Shown in pieces: positions 1 to 9,331 of a DNA stretch of 64,000 nucleotides. Source of the stretch: a virus; IMG/VR virus record IMGVR_UViG_3300042897_000994, positions 64,001-128,000 of that record. One strand, 5' to 3'. The notes beneath the pieces were generated by a model. The model worked only from the letters and a program-made list of their open reading frames with translations. It was not told where the DNA came from and did no database searches. Within the stretch, counting starts at the first letter, position 1; each line of letters begins with the position of its first letter. A program made the position numbers and the translations under genes.

Positions 1-451
1 AGATATGGGAGGATTTAGAGTACAGTCATCGGTGGTAATACCTGAAGATCTAAATCAAACACGACCAGTCGAATTTGGTTTTACTGACAGAAAAGAATAT
101 CTGATAGATTTTAATCTTGAAGTTAAGAGTTTCACATTTATATTCGAGAACGGAATTCAACTTGCAGATCTTGAATTTATTATTGGAGGTGAAGGCGAAG
201 GAATAGGACTACTTAGAAGTGATGGTCAAATTTACTTCGGAAATGTTATGGAGACAATTAATGTATCTGTTGATGATATTAAACTTGCTCCTTATGAAGG
301 AGAAGAAAGCAACCTTGAATACAATAGTCTTCCAGATACTCTTGGCGGAAATCAACTAAGTTCTCTCAAATTTAGTGAAACAAATATAGACCCCGAGTCT
401 ATAAGTAATGTGGAAAGTAGCCAAAGTAAAGAATATAGAAACGACAAGTAA
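1..451 (+). CDS. 3' part of a gene truncated by the window edge; possibly T4 gp15-like tail terminator
   Basis: Frame is open to the window start. 'IPED...EFGFTDRKEYLIDFNLEVKSF' loosely resembles the gp15 C-terminal region; sits next to the head module. Confidence 0.35.
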   Translation, partial: DMGGFRVQSSVVIPEDLNQTRPVEFGFTDRKEYLIDFNLEVKSFTFIFENGIQLADLEFIIGGEGEGIGLLRSDGQIYFGNVMETINVSVDDIKLAPYEGEESNLEYNSLPDTLGGNQLSSLKFSETNIDPESISNVESSQSKEYRNDK

Positions 452-468
452 AAAGACACTAACTACTA

Positions 469-476
469 GATATATA
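469..476 (+). promoter_or_regulatory. Late promoter motif GATATATA (consensus RATAWATA-A)
   Basis: Same motif occurs shortly upstream of about 20 structural/late genes; analogous to T4 TATAAATA. Confidence 0.75.
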
Positions 477-491
477 AAAAAAATCTGAATA

Positions 492-2264
492 ATGAGTAAT
501 CTCAATGAAAATTATCTCGTTTACTTAAACGGCGCTTTTCCCAGTACTGCTGATTTGAATAAACAGAGTGATACATTAGCAATACTGGTAGAACAGTTTA
601 GAAAGAGCGGAAAAAGCGACGCCCAAATCTACTCAATCTTGAGTGGTATGGGAATTGAAAATTTAAAAATTTCTGCGTATTTTGAAGCAGAAAAGATGGG
701 AAAGTCTCTTCCACCTACACAACCACAAAACGCAACGCCTGCCACTGAATTTATTCAGGTAATCAGCGTAGAAGAAAAAAATACAAACAAAATGAACATA
801 ACAGAAACTTTAAAGAAGGCTGTATTAGAATCGGTTGAAGCTTTGAAGCCTTTTCAATCTGGAAAGTTTTCATATACTGCCAGCAAAGCCTCTCTTGTTT
901 TAACCGAATCTCTAACTACAATTAACAGAATCGAAAAGATGATGGCAAATGAAGTAGTTGAAAGAATTAAATCACGAGTTGAGAAAATTGCTGCTGAAAC
1001 TAATGAAAATTTAGAAACTGCAGTAGAAAATATTACAGCTAAAGTTAAAAGTGAAGTTCTAGCTGAAGCAGAATCTCTAAATTCTGAAGTAGGATCTAGA
1101 ATTAGAAATGAAGAATTAAATCTTGTACATTATTTGAGCAATTCTCTTCAGCAAATTAAAGATTTTTCACCAGTCGCAAATCTTTTTAGTCAGGTAAAAG
1201 AAAGTATTGAAAGAAATATGTTTAGCCTAAAGCTTAACTATTACTTGAATTCTGTACCACCTGCTGGTATGTATACCAAAGGGGTGGCTGAAATGAAAAG
1301 CGAATTTAATAAAGGTGAAACTTATCTAAGAGAAAACTTTTCAGATTTTGAAAAGTGGAATTGGGTTCCAGGAATTTCTCAAATGATTAAAGAATTCTCA
1401 GAATATACCAAGTCACTTAGAAGTAATGGGAGTGGAAAGCTGGTTAAAGTATATTCTCCAATCCAGGAAAATGAAGATAAGAGTATTACTTTCTTCTTAG
1501 GGGGTAAATTCTATGCAATTCACGAAGGAAGAGTTGAAGTTGCAAATGAAAATCAACAACCAAATTCAAGAACTTTAGCCGTTCTTGAAGGTCTTTCTTT
1601 GATGAAAGATATGGGAAGCACTTTTTCTTACTTCAAGGGAGATAAAAGTTTCGATATTAACAAAGAAACCGGAGCATTCTCTATCAACGGTAAAGCAGTA
1701 TCAGAATCTGAAGCTCCAAAACTTATCAACTTATTAAGAGAAAATGCAGTAATTGCTCTTCATGAATCTGCAGTAGTTGATAAATTAGCAGTTCTTATTG
1801 AATCAGTAGATTTAGTAAAAGAACTTGATTTTGTAAATTCAATTAACTCAATTATTCACAGAGATGTTGCAGTTAATATGATCAGAATTAACGAAAATGT
1901 TTACATCAACAGAGTAAACAAAGCGATGAATGTAAACGAAATGGTAGAAGTATCAAATCCAAAATTAGCTCAAGAATTAGTAAATGAGTTTGTAAACTTC
2001 GATATTTCTAATCTTGTATACGATCTTTTAGAAAAGAATGAAAAGGATATTCTAAATCTAAATGAAAAGATCGAAGTAGTAAGTAATAACTTAAAATTCC
2101 TACAAGAGAAAAAATCAGATATTGAAAGAGTTTTATCTTTGAAGCCAGATTCAAACGAATTGAAAGAGGCTGTTGAATTTGTTTCTTCAGAAATAACTTC
2201 ACAAGAAAAAAATCTTTCAGATCTGTATGTTCAACTTTCTTCTTTAACAGAAAAAAAAAGTTGA
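492..2264 (+). CDS. Coiled-coil-rich putative prohead core / internal head protein
   Basis: Late promoter upstream; many (L/I/V)-x-E sites (LNE, LTES, LHES, LIES, INEN, VNEF) like T4 gp21 cleavage sites; ends at an A9 slippery site. Confidence 0.5.
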   Translation: MSNLNENYLVYLNGAFPSTADLNKQSDTLAILVEQFRKSGKSDAQIYSILSGMGIENLKISAYFEAEKMGKSLPPTQPQNATPATEFIQVISVEEKNTNKMNITETLKKAVLESVEALKPFQSGKFSYTASKASLVLTESLTTINRIEKMMANEVVERIKSRVEKIAAETNENLETAVENITAKVKSEVLAEAESLNSEVGSRIRNEELNLVHYLSNSLQQIKDFSPVANLFSQVKESIERNMFSLKLNYYLNSVPPAGMYTKGVAEMKSEFNKGETYLRENFSDFEKWNWVPGISQMIKEFSEYTKSLRSNGSGKLVKVYSPIQENEDKSITFFLGGKFYAIHEGRVEVANENQQPNSRTLAVLEGLSLMKDMGSTFSYFKGDKSFDINKETGAFSINGKAVSESEAPKLINLLRENAVIALHESAVVDKLAVLIESVDLVKELDFVNSINSIIHRDVAVNMIRINENVYINRVNKAMNVNEMVEVSNPKLAQELVNEFVNFDISNLVYDLLEKNEKDILNLNEKIEVVSNNLKFLQEKKSDIERVLSLKPDSNELKEAVEFVSSEITSQEKNLSDLYVQLSSLTEKKS

Positions 2265-2440
2265 GCGATTTAACTAAAGCCGTAGTAATCCAAGATCTTC
2301 CTGGTCTCCAAAAAGACCAGGAAGTTTTTGTTAATGCCCTAGATTACTCGTCAGCTGAAGACGCTAAAGAAATCGAATATCAAGACTCTGAAGGTAACGG
2401 TGGGTATGTTCTCAGAAAATACCTAAAAGTTTTAATTTAA
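2258..2440 (+). CDS. -1 frame extension of 492..2264, or a TTG-started 59-aa gene; SH3-like small beta domain
   Basis: Open frame KLSDLTKAVVIQDLPGLQKDQEVFVNALDYSSAEDAKEIEYQDSEGNGGYVLRKYLKVLI*. It fills the gap exactly, and its TAA overlaps the next ATG (TAATG). Confidence 0.7.
   Translation, partial: KLSDLTKAVVIQDLPGLQKDQEVFVNALDYSSAEDAKEIEYQDSEGNGGYVLRKYLKVLI
2297..2329 (+). terminator. Intrinsic-terminator-like hairpin inside the -1 frame extension
   Basis: CTTCCTGGTCT-CCAAAA-AGACCAGGAAG (11-bp perfect stem) followed by TTTTT. Confidence 0.5.
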
Positions 2441-2802
2441 TGGAAAAAAAGATATACCTAAAGAATAAAGATTTGTATGAAGAAATCATCAAATCTAAAG
2501 AGCTTGATGAACTGACACCAAGGGCTCAAGCAATGTTAATGTTACTTGCACAAAGAGCATCCAGCAAACTTCCATATAGAAATCCAGATGACAGACAAGA
2601 TTGTATTTCTTCTGCATATTTAGATCTCTGGAGATATTGGAGAAGTTTTAACCCGGAAAAAAGTAAAAATGCATTCGCATATTACACAGAAATTTGTAAA
2701 AAGGGATTTGCTAAGGGATGGAATCAAATTCATCCTAAAAAATACGCAGGAACAATAAGCATTGATGGTGGCCGAGACTCAGACGGAATTTATACCATCT
2801 AA
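2440..2802 (+). CDS. gp55: Late-transcription sigma factor, T4 gp55-like
   Basis: 'YLKNKDLYEEI...DCISSA...FNPEKSKNAFAYYTEI' is the gp55-family region-2 signature. Confidence 0.85.
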   Translation: MEKKIYLKNKDLYEEIIKSKELDELTPRAQAMLMLLAQRASSKLPYRNPDDRQDCISSAYLDLWRYWRSFNPEKSKNAFAYYTEICKKGFAKGWNQIHPKKYAGTISIDGGRDSDGIYTI

Positions 2803-3281
2803 TGAGCGACATTAAGAAGATAAAGCCTACTCATAAATCTGGATTTAAACAGAGTTATTTCGAGCCCAAAAACTTATCAAAGTATTTGGGCTCATTTCCT
2901 ATAATATGCAGATCGAGCTGGGAAAGAAAGTTTGCAATTTTTTGTGATACAAATGACGCAGTGATTAAATGGAGTTCAGAACCTATTGAAATCAAATACT
3001 ACAATATTCTTGACAAAAAATTCCACAAATACTATCCCGATTATTTCGTTCAAATTCAAAAAGAAGGAAATCTTATTAATTATGTGGTAGAAGTTAAACC
3101 TTCTTCTCAACTCAAGAAACCTGAACCTCCGAAGAGAATTACAGAAAAGGTTGTAAATTCTTATAAAAGAGCATATGAAACTTATGTTATGAATCTTTGT
3201 AAATTAGATGCTCTCAGAAAATATGCAGAGCAAAGAAATTGGAAAGTTCTCGTTATAACCGAAAAAAGTAATCTAATCTAA
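2802..3281 (+). CDS. gp4: Head completion nuclease, T4 gp4-like (TnsA-type)
   Basis: 'PKNLSKYLG...RSSWERKF...WSSEP...YYPDY...VEVKP...EK'. Confidence 0.9.
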   Translation: MSDIKKIKPTHKSGFKQSYFEPKNLSKYLGSFPIICRSSWERKFAIFCDTNDAVIKWSSEPIEIKYYNILDKKFHKYYPDYFVQIQKEGNLINYVVEVKPSSQLKKPEPPKRITEKVVNSYKRAYETYVMNLCKLDALRKYAEQRNWKVLVITEKSNLI

Positions 3282-3282
3282 A

Positions 3283-3951
3283 ATGCCAAGTACTCCCTTA
3301 GATTTTATAATTAAAGGTGTTGGTATTCTTGATCCGATGGAGATCAAGAAGAATAGAGACATGTATATCAAAGAGAGTAAGAGTCTACCAATTGCTTCTA
3401 AAGGAGCAATAGAATGGTATGAAGAATCTGAAACTTTTAAGAATTTTCAAATAAAAAGAATAAGGACAGGTGAAGAATTAAAGCTCGGAAAGCTTTATTT
3501 CTTTGACTATGATCCTCTCGATAGAAATCAAATATATGATATTAAACCATTGATAATCAGTTTAGGTAGAATAGGGGCTAAAGACGGTTCGGTAGAAACT
3601 GGAATTAATCTAAATTATTTTCCAGAGAACGTAAAGTCAGCTATACTAGATTTTTATTTTAGAATCTTTGCAAATAGATTAAGAAGAGAAGTAAGAAGTT
3701 CCAGTGCATATAATGTACAAAAGCAGAACGGGATTGGAATTACTTGGGAAGAATTAGCACCGCTGGAAAAAAGACTTCGTATCAGTTATGGAGTTAAAAA
3801 TTACAAAATAGGTAGAATGACTGATATCAGCGAGTTTACATATGAAAGCTGGTATCAAATGACTACATATCAACCGAATGTAGATTTTAGGAATGCGACA
3901 CTTGCTGAAGTGTATCGTAATTATTTTGAATATATAAAAAATAAAGCATAA
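3283..3951 (+). CDS. gp2: DNA end protector, T4 gp2-like
   Basis: 'GKLYFFDYDP...YDIKPLII...GINLNY' pattern; lies between gp4 and portal. Confidence 0.7.
   Translation: MPSTPLDFIIKGVGILDPMEIKKNRDMYIKESKSLPIASKGAIEWYEESETFKNFQIKRIRTGEELKLGKLYFFDYDPLDRNQIYDIKPLIISLGRIGAKDGSVETGINLNYFPENVKSAILDFYFRIFANRLRREVRSSSAYNVQKQNGIGITWEELAPLEKRLRISYGVKNYKIGRMTDISEFTYESWYQMTTYQPNVDFRNATLAEVYRNYFEYIKNKA
3929..3936 (+). promoter_or_regulatory. Late promoter motif AATATATA before portal
   Basis: Matches the RATAWATA-A consensus. Confidence 0.6.
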
Positions 3952-3957
3952 TAAAAA

Positions 3958-5619
3958 ATGGCTGGCTTTCAGGACAGAAAAGGACCTCTTACTAGAGGAA
4001 ATCCTATAAGTGATACTCTCAAATCTTTGAGTAAGCTTGGGATGAAGTATGACGACATGGTCATTAGAAACTCTCGAGCTGTCGGTTTTACCGAGAGCAA
4101 GTTAGGTTATACGATGAATCCATCTGGATCTGATGCAGATGATATTTATTATGCATTTGCCGCTCTTTCAATGACGGATACTTCTAGTAAGAAGAATATC
4201 TCATTTTTTGATAAAAGTTATCCAAAGAAAAGAGATGAATTACGTCAGTTTGCAATTCAAGATGAAATTGAAGAGATTCTAGATACTGTTGCTGATGAAG
4301 CAATTGTATATGATGAGTCTAATTATTTTTGTTATCCTACCCTAAGAGGTCCTGTTAGTAAATCTCTAAGAGAAGATCTACAAGATAATTTTAACAAAAT
4401 TTACGAGTATTTTGGCTTTCAAGACGGACTTTCTGCATGGAACTATTTTAGAAAATGGTTAGTAGACGGTTATCTTTGTTTTGAAATTGTCTATAATGAC
4501 GAACAAGATCAGGTAATTGGATTTAAAGAGCTTGATCCAGTTTCTCTTTTTCCCGCAGTTGACAAAGATAGCGGTAAGAAGATTTGGATACAGTATAAAG
4601 GTGGCGGTCCTAAAGAAAGAATATTATGGGATGCTCAAGTAATTTATGTTTCATATTCTTCAGCTAACTCTCCTTCTAGAGTCTCTTACGTTGAAAGATT
4701 AGTTAGATCTTTCAACTTATTGCGAATTATGGAGCACTCCAGAATCATCTGGTCTGTTACCAATGCAAGTTACAAAATGAAATTTGTAATCCCAGTTGGT
4801 GGTAAATCTAAAACAAGAGCAAAACAATCTCTTTCTCAATTGATGCACAATTATCGAGAATTAGTAGATTTTGATTATGAATCAGGAGAATTATCTACTA
4901 ACGGTAAACCGATGATGCAGTTTCACAAAGAATATTGGTTGCCTTCAAAGGATGGAGAATCTCCGGAAATTGACACCCTTTCTAACGACGGCCCCGATCT
5001 TTCAGATGTAGAAACTCTTAAATGGTTTGCTGACAAATTAAAAATGGCTTCTAAGATTCCTTTCAGCAGATTTGACAAAGATAGTCCAGCTACATATGAA
5101 ATGGCAGCTGAAGGGATGCAAAGAGATGAAATAAAATTTGCTAAATTTATTAATAGACTTCGCTCTATATTCCAGGAAATTATTACTAAGCCCCTGTATC
5201 TACAGATGGTTTTAGATAATCCTGAGCTACAAGACGATTTTAACTTTAAAGCTAATCTTAGTGTAGAATATAATAAAGATAACGTATTTGAAGAATTAAA
5301 AGAAATGGAACTTGCTTCTAAAAGAATAGACTTTATCTCTACTATGATGAGTTCTCTCGTTGAACAAGATGCTGATATGAATGAAATACCATATTTCAAT
5401 CTAAGTTACCTAATTAAGAGATATGGTGGATTTAATCAAGAAGATCTCAGAGCCAATGAAAGAGAAAAAACGATTGAATCACTAGAGAAAGAGGGATACA
5501 GCAAAGAAGACTCCGAAAAGATAGTGGCAGGTGAGCCTAAAAAGAATTTCAAAAAACAAGAACCTGAAGGCGAAGAAGATTCGGCCGATGTAGGGGGAGA
5601 AATTGATTTAGGTTTGTAA
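3958..5619 (+). CDS. gp20: Portal protein, T4 gp20-like
   Basis: 'FRKWLVDG', 'ELDP', 'EYWLP..DGE..EIDTL', 'SKIPFSR', 'RDEIKFAKFINRLR' are gp20 signatures. Confidence 0.95.
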   Translation: MAGFQDRKGPLTRGNPISDTLKSLSKLGMKYDDMVIRNSRAVGFTESKLGYTMNPSGSDADDIYYAFAALSMTDTSSKKNISFFDKSYPKKRDELRQFAIQDEIEEILDTVADEAIVYDESNYFCYPTLRGPVSKSLREDLQDNFNKIYEYFGFQDGLSAWNYFRKWLVDGYLCFEIVYNDEQDQVIGFKELDPVSLFPAVDKDSGKKIWIQYKGGGPKERILWDAQVIYVSYSSANSPSRVSYVERLVRSFNLLRIMEHSRIIWSVTNASYKMKFVIPVGGKSKTRAKQSLSQLMHNYRELVDFDYESGELSTNGKPMMQFHKEYWLPSKDGESPEIDTLSNDGPDLSDVETLKWFADKLKMASKIPFSRFDKDSPATYEMAAEGMQRDEIKFAKFINRLRSIFQEIITKPLYLQMVLDNPELQDDFNFKANLSVEYNKDNVFEELKEMELASKRIDFISTMMSSLVEQDADMNEIPYFNLSYLIKRYGGFNQEDLRANEREKTIESLEKEGYSKEDSEKIVAGEPKKNFKKQEPEGEEDSADVGGEIDLGL

Positions 5620-5637
5620 AATTTTCGAATTAACAAA

Positions 5638-5645
5638 GATATATA
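5638..5645 (+). promoter_or_regulatory. Late promoter motif GATATATA
   Basis: Upstream of the prohead protease gene. Confidence 0.75.
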
Positions 5646-5661
5646 AAAAAAATTATAGAGC

Positions 5662-7482
5662 ATGGCTCATAAAAAACTTCTTATTTTAGAAAGATCCGGA
5701 GAAACCCTTAAAACGACAGCTGATGACGGTTCGGTTGTTCTAGAAGGCGTTTTCACACAAATTGGAGTTCGTAATAAAAATAACAGAATTTACGAAGAGA
5801 AAGAATTTCTTCCTCATGTTAAAGATCTTCAAGAAAAAATCAAGGGCAAAAAACTTTTAGGTGAATTAGATCACCCAAAGTCTTTCGATATTTCACTTGC
5901 CAACGTATCACACGTAATTGAAAAATTAGAGTACGATCCGTCAACCAAGCAAGTAATGGGAAGAATTAGACTTCTTGATACAGATGCAGGAAAACAAGCC
6001 AAAGCTTTAGTAGAGGCCGGTGTTCCTCTTAATATTTCATCTAGAGCCTCTGGGCGAGTTGATGAAAATGGAAAAGTAAAAATTCAGAAACTATTTACTT
6101 ATGATCTAGTAGCCGATCCAGGATTTGAAGCTGCTGAATTACATAGAGTAAATGAATCTCTAGGGTTTGACGACAGTGATGATCTATTGATTTATGAATT
6201 TGAAGATCTCAATTCAGAAGAAACTAAAGTAGAAGTTAAACCTGAAGAAATTGTTCAAGAGTCAAAACCTGAAATCAAAGAACCAATAAAAGAAAATACA
6301 GAAGAAAATACTCAACCTACTATGAATTATGTTAAAGTTGAAGATTTCGATAAGTACTCAGAATATCTGAAAACCGAAATCACGCAAATTAAAGAAGAGG
6401 CTTCAAAAGAGTCTATAGACTTCGAAACCTTCGAAAAGCTGGTTAAATATACTGAGCATATTGCTGAGAAACTTAATCAAGTTCACGATTATTCTAATTA
6501 CTTAGGAGAAAACTTAGATAAGAGTATTTCTCATGGTGATTATATCGTTGAAAGCGTAAATAAATTGAAAGACTATGCTAATTACTTAGCAGAAAGTTTA
6601 CAAAACGGGATTGGCTACTCTGAATATGTTGCTAATAAGCTCGAAGAGTCTATCAAATATCAAAACTATTTAGCAGAAAACGTTCAAAAGGGTATTGATT
6701 ATACTGAATATGTTGCCGAAAACCTAGACAATAGTATTCAGTACCAAAACTATTTGGCTGAAAATCTTGAAAGCTCTATTAAATACTCCGATTATCTAAA
6801 GGAGAATATCGAGAAGATCGGTAAATATGCAGACTACATTGCTGAAAGTGTTAATAGAATTCAAGAAAACAAACCAGCAGATGAAGAAACTCCAGCAATT
6901 AAAGTTGAAGAATCTGTAGAAACAACTCCAGAAGTTAAAGTTGAAGAGAATGATACTACTGTATCATATCAAGATCAAATTTCTAAGAAATTGAATGCTC
7001 TATTAGAATCAGCAGTAGTACAAAAAGAAGAAGATCACTTCTTTAGATTTTTAGACGCTTCTAAGAGAAATGAATTTTCTTCTCTTAACGAAAGTAAGCA
7101 AAACGAAATCAAAGGTGCATTTGAAATCAATAAATATTTTTCTGTTGCAGATGCAAATAGAATTTGGGAATCTTGCTTTATTCAAAAGCCAACTTCTCTA
7201 GATGTAGTTGGTAATATGCCAGAAAAATATAAAGCAAAGTGGGAATCTTTAAACGAGTCTCAACGAAGCAGTATTCTTGCCCAGTCTAAGTTTTGGCCTT
7301 TGAATACACAGTATCAGATTGATAACTTCTGGCAAACAAGAGACTTAAGAACTGTTAAAGTTAATTCTCCAGTTAATGAATCTTCTGTAGCTCCTTTAGC
7401 ACCAGAAGATAAGAATGCAGCAGTTAACGAACAGCTTGAAAATATCAAAAATGCAATTAAAGCAAGATTTGATAAGTTCTAA
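5662..7482 (+). CDS. gp21: Prohead protease (gp21-like) fused to scaffold/core region (gp22-like)
   Basis: N-terminal 'LEGVF...NKNNRIY...LGELDHP...VSH...ISSRASG...YDLVADP'; C-terminal acidic, repeat-rich coiled coil. Confidence 0.9.
   Translation: MAHKKLLILERSGETLKTTADDGSVVLEGVFTQIGVRNKNNRIYEEKEFLPHVKDLQEKIKGKKLLGELDHPKSFDISLANVSHVIEKLEYDPSTKQVMGRIRLLDTDAGKQAKALVEAGVPLNISSRASGRVDENGKVKIQKLFTYDLVADPGFEAAELHRVNESLGFDDSDDLLIYEFEDLNSEETKVEVKPEEIVQESKPEIKEPIKENTEENTQPTMNYVKVEDFDKYSEYLKTEITQIKEEASKESIDFETFEKLVKYTEHIAEKLNQVHDYSNYLGENLDKSISHGDYIVESVNKLKDYANYLAESLQNGIGYSEYVANKLEESIKYQNYLAENVQKGIDYTEYVAENLDNSIQYQNYLAENLESSIKYSDYLKENIEKIGKYADYIAESVNRIQENKPADEETPAIKVEESVETTPEVKVEENDTTVSYQDQISKKLNALLESAVVQKEEDHFFRFLDASKRNEFSSLNESKQNEIKGAFEINKYFSVADANRIWESCFIQKPTSLDVVGNMPEKYKAKWESLNESQRSSILAQSKFWPLNTQYQIDNFWQTRDLRTVKVNSPVNESSVAPLAPEDKNAAVNEQLENIKNAIKARFDKF
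6448..6852 (+). repeat. About ten 14-aa repeats (Y-x-x-Y-L-A-E-N-L-x-x-S-I-x) in the scaffold region
   Basis: YSNYLGENLDKSIS / YANYLAESLQNGIG / YQNYLAENVQKGID / YTEYVAENLDNSIQ / YQNYLAENLESSIK. Confidence 0.85.
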
Positions 7483-7483
7483 A

Positions 7484-7491
7484 GATATATA
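7484..7491 (+). promoter_or_regulatory. Late promoter motif GATATATA for major capsid gene
   Basis: Consensus match; implies a leader of about 90 nt. Confidence 0.75.
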
Positions 7492-7585
7492 AAAAATAAT
7501 AATCACGTAACTCGGATATCAAGAAGCAAAAGGTGTTGGGACCAAACGTGAAATAACAAAAACAACAAAAAAACTCAATCAAAAA

Positions 7586-9271
7586 ATGAATCATTTAATT
7601 AATGAAGCCGAAGTTGTAAGAACTTGGGCGCCCGTGATTGAGGAAGCTACTGGTATTTCAGACAAAGGTAAATTAAACTGGATGTCTAAATACTGCCACT
7701 TCCATCAGTTGAATGAGAATGTGTACAACCAAGTACACTTGAATCCTAACGCCAACGTTTATGGTATGGGTGCAGTTACCTTCCCAGGTGACCCAACCAC
7801 TACTACTGGATTCAATGCTCAAGCAACCGGATCTGGTGACAGACCTTTCAGTCTGCTTCCTCTAGCTATGCAAGTAGCTGCTCAAACAGTAGGTCTTGAC
7901 CTTGTTCCTGTAGTACCAATGTCTGGTCCTCTTGGAATCTTGACTTACTTAGACTTTATCTATGCTGGTGGTAGACTAGATTCTACTGAACCGCCATTGA
8001 TGGTTAAAGTTAACACTACTACCGCTACTTTTGGTAGTTCTTTAACGAATGCTACTGCATGGACTGCTAACACTACATATTATCTATGTTCTGCTGCTGG
8101 TGCTGCTACTTATGCTCTTACTTTTGTAGGTCTATCTCGTATCGACGGATTACCTATCTTTAAAGTAAATGCTTACAATAGTGGTGCAGCTCAGCCTAAC
8201 GGTACTGCAGGTACTGTAACTTTAGCAGCTGCAGCTATTGCTACTGCAACAATTTCAACCAATGCTAATGGTACAGGTGACATCGTTACATTTACCGCAA
8301 GCGGAACTCTTGAACTTGTAAAAGCTCTTGAAGATCATATCCCAGGTTTCTCTGGTGCTGGTTTTGCTCCTGCTGCAGTAACAGGTGGTAACAGTGTTGC
8401 TAACGTTGAACCTTTCTTGAGAGCTGATGGTGAATTAACATCAGATAACCTAATGGGTCTTTCATTGTTCAATAAATCAGTTGCTGCTGAAACTTACCAA
8501 GTTGCAGCTGCTGTAACTAGAGAGCAAGTACAAGACCTTAAGCAATTCGGTATTGATGCAGTAGCTCAAGTAGAAGCTGTATTGGTTAATGAATTGACTC
8601 AGTCAATCAACAAGTTGATTCTTCAGAGAATCTTCAGACTAGGTGCAAGTAACGCAGAAAACGTATTTAACGTTGATGCTACTAACTTAAACCTTTTTGT
8701 AGCTGCAACGGCTACAACCACTTCTATCGATCTTGGTACTAATGCAAATGGAGTAGCCGTAAGTATTCTTACTTCTTCTACTATCCCTACATCAGGTGAC
8801 AACGGTGGTACATTGCAAAGAAAGATTTTATCTAGAATCCTAGCTGCTTCAAACTTGATCGCTATCCGTGGTCGTAGAGGAGCTGCTAACTTTGCAGTAA
8901 CTAACGGTCAACTTGCTACTGCAATCCAAGATATCGCTGGATTTACTCCATACCCAATGGCTAACACCGTTAACCAAAACGGTGGATCTCTATATCCAGT
9001 TGGTTCTGTTGCAGGTGTAACTATCTACGTAGATCCTAACATGTCATGGACTGACACTAGAATCGTAGTAGGTAGAAAAGGTGACGGTAACTCTCCAGGT
9101 CTAGTATTCATGCCTTACTTAATGGCTGAATCTGCCCAGACTATTGCTGAAATGACTATGGCACCTAAAATTGCTGTTAAGTCAAGATTCACTCTAGTTG
9201 ATGCTGGTTTCCACCCAGAAACTATGTACTTCACTCTAGGAGTTAAGTTTACTAGTTACTCAATCGTTTAA
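7586..9271 (+). CDS. gp23: Major capsid protein, T4 gp23-like
   Basis: 'LVPVVPMSGPLG', 'EQVQDLK', 'LVNELTQSINK', 'RGRRGAANFAV', 'GLVFMPY', 'KSRF'; strongly biased codon usage; follows the protease gene. Confidence 0.95.
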   Translation: MNHLINEAEVVRTWAPVIEEATGISDKGKLNWMSKYCHFHQLNENVYNQVHLNPNANVYGMGAVTFPGDPTTTTGFNAQATGSGDRPFSLLPLAMQVAAQTVGLDLVPVVPMSGPLGILTYLDFIYAGGRLDSTEPPLMVKVNTTTATFGSSLTNATAWTANTTYYLCSAAGAATYALTFVGLSRIDGLPIFKVNAYNSGAAQPNGTAGTVTLAAAAIATATISTNANGTGDIVTFTASGTLELVKALEDHIPGFSGAGFAPAAVTGGNSVANVEPFLRADGELTSDNLMGLSLFNKSVAAETYQVAAAVTREQVQDLKQFGIDAVAQVEAVLVNELTQSINKLILQRIFRLGASNAENVFNVDATNLNLFVAATATTTSIDLGTNANGVAVSILTSSTIPTSGDNGGTLQRKILSRILAASNLIAIRGRRGAANFAVTNGQLATAIQDIAGFTPYPMANTVNQNGGSLYPVGSVAGVTIYVDPNMSWTDTRIVVGRKGDGNSPGLVFMPYLMAESAQTIAEMTMAPKIAVKSRFTLVDAGFHPETMYFTLGVKFTSYSIV

Positions 9272-9292
9272 TCTAACTTAGATTCGATACCC

Positions 9293-9321
9293 AAAGGGGG
9301 ACTCTTAGGAGTCCCCTTTTT
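9293..9321 (+). terminator. Rho-independent terminator after the major capsid gene
   Basis: GGGGACTC-TTAG-GAGTCCCC-TTTTT. Confidence 0.9.
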
Positions 9322-9331
9322 ATTTTCAATA

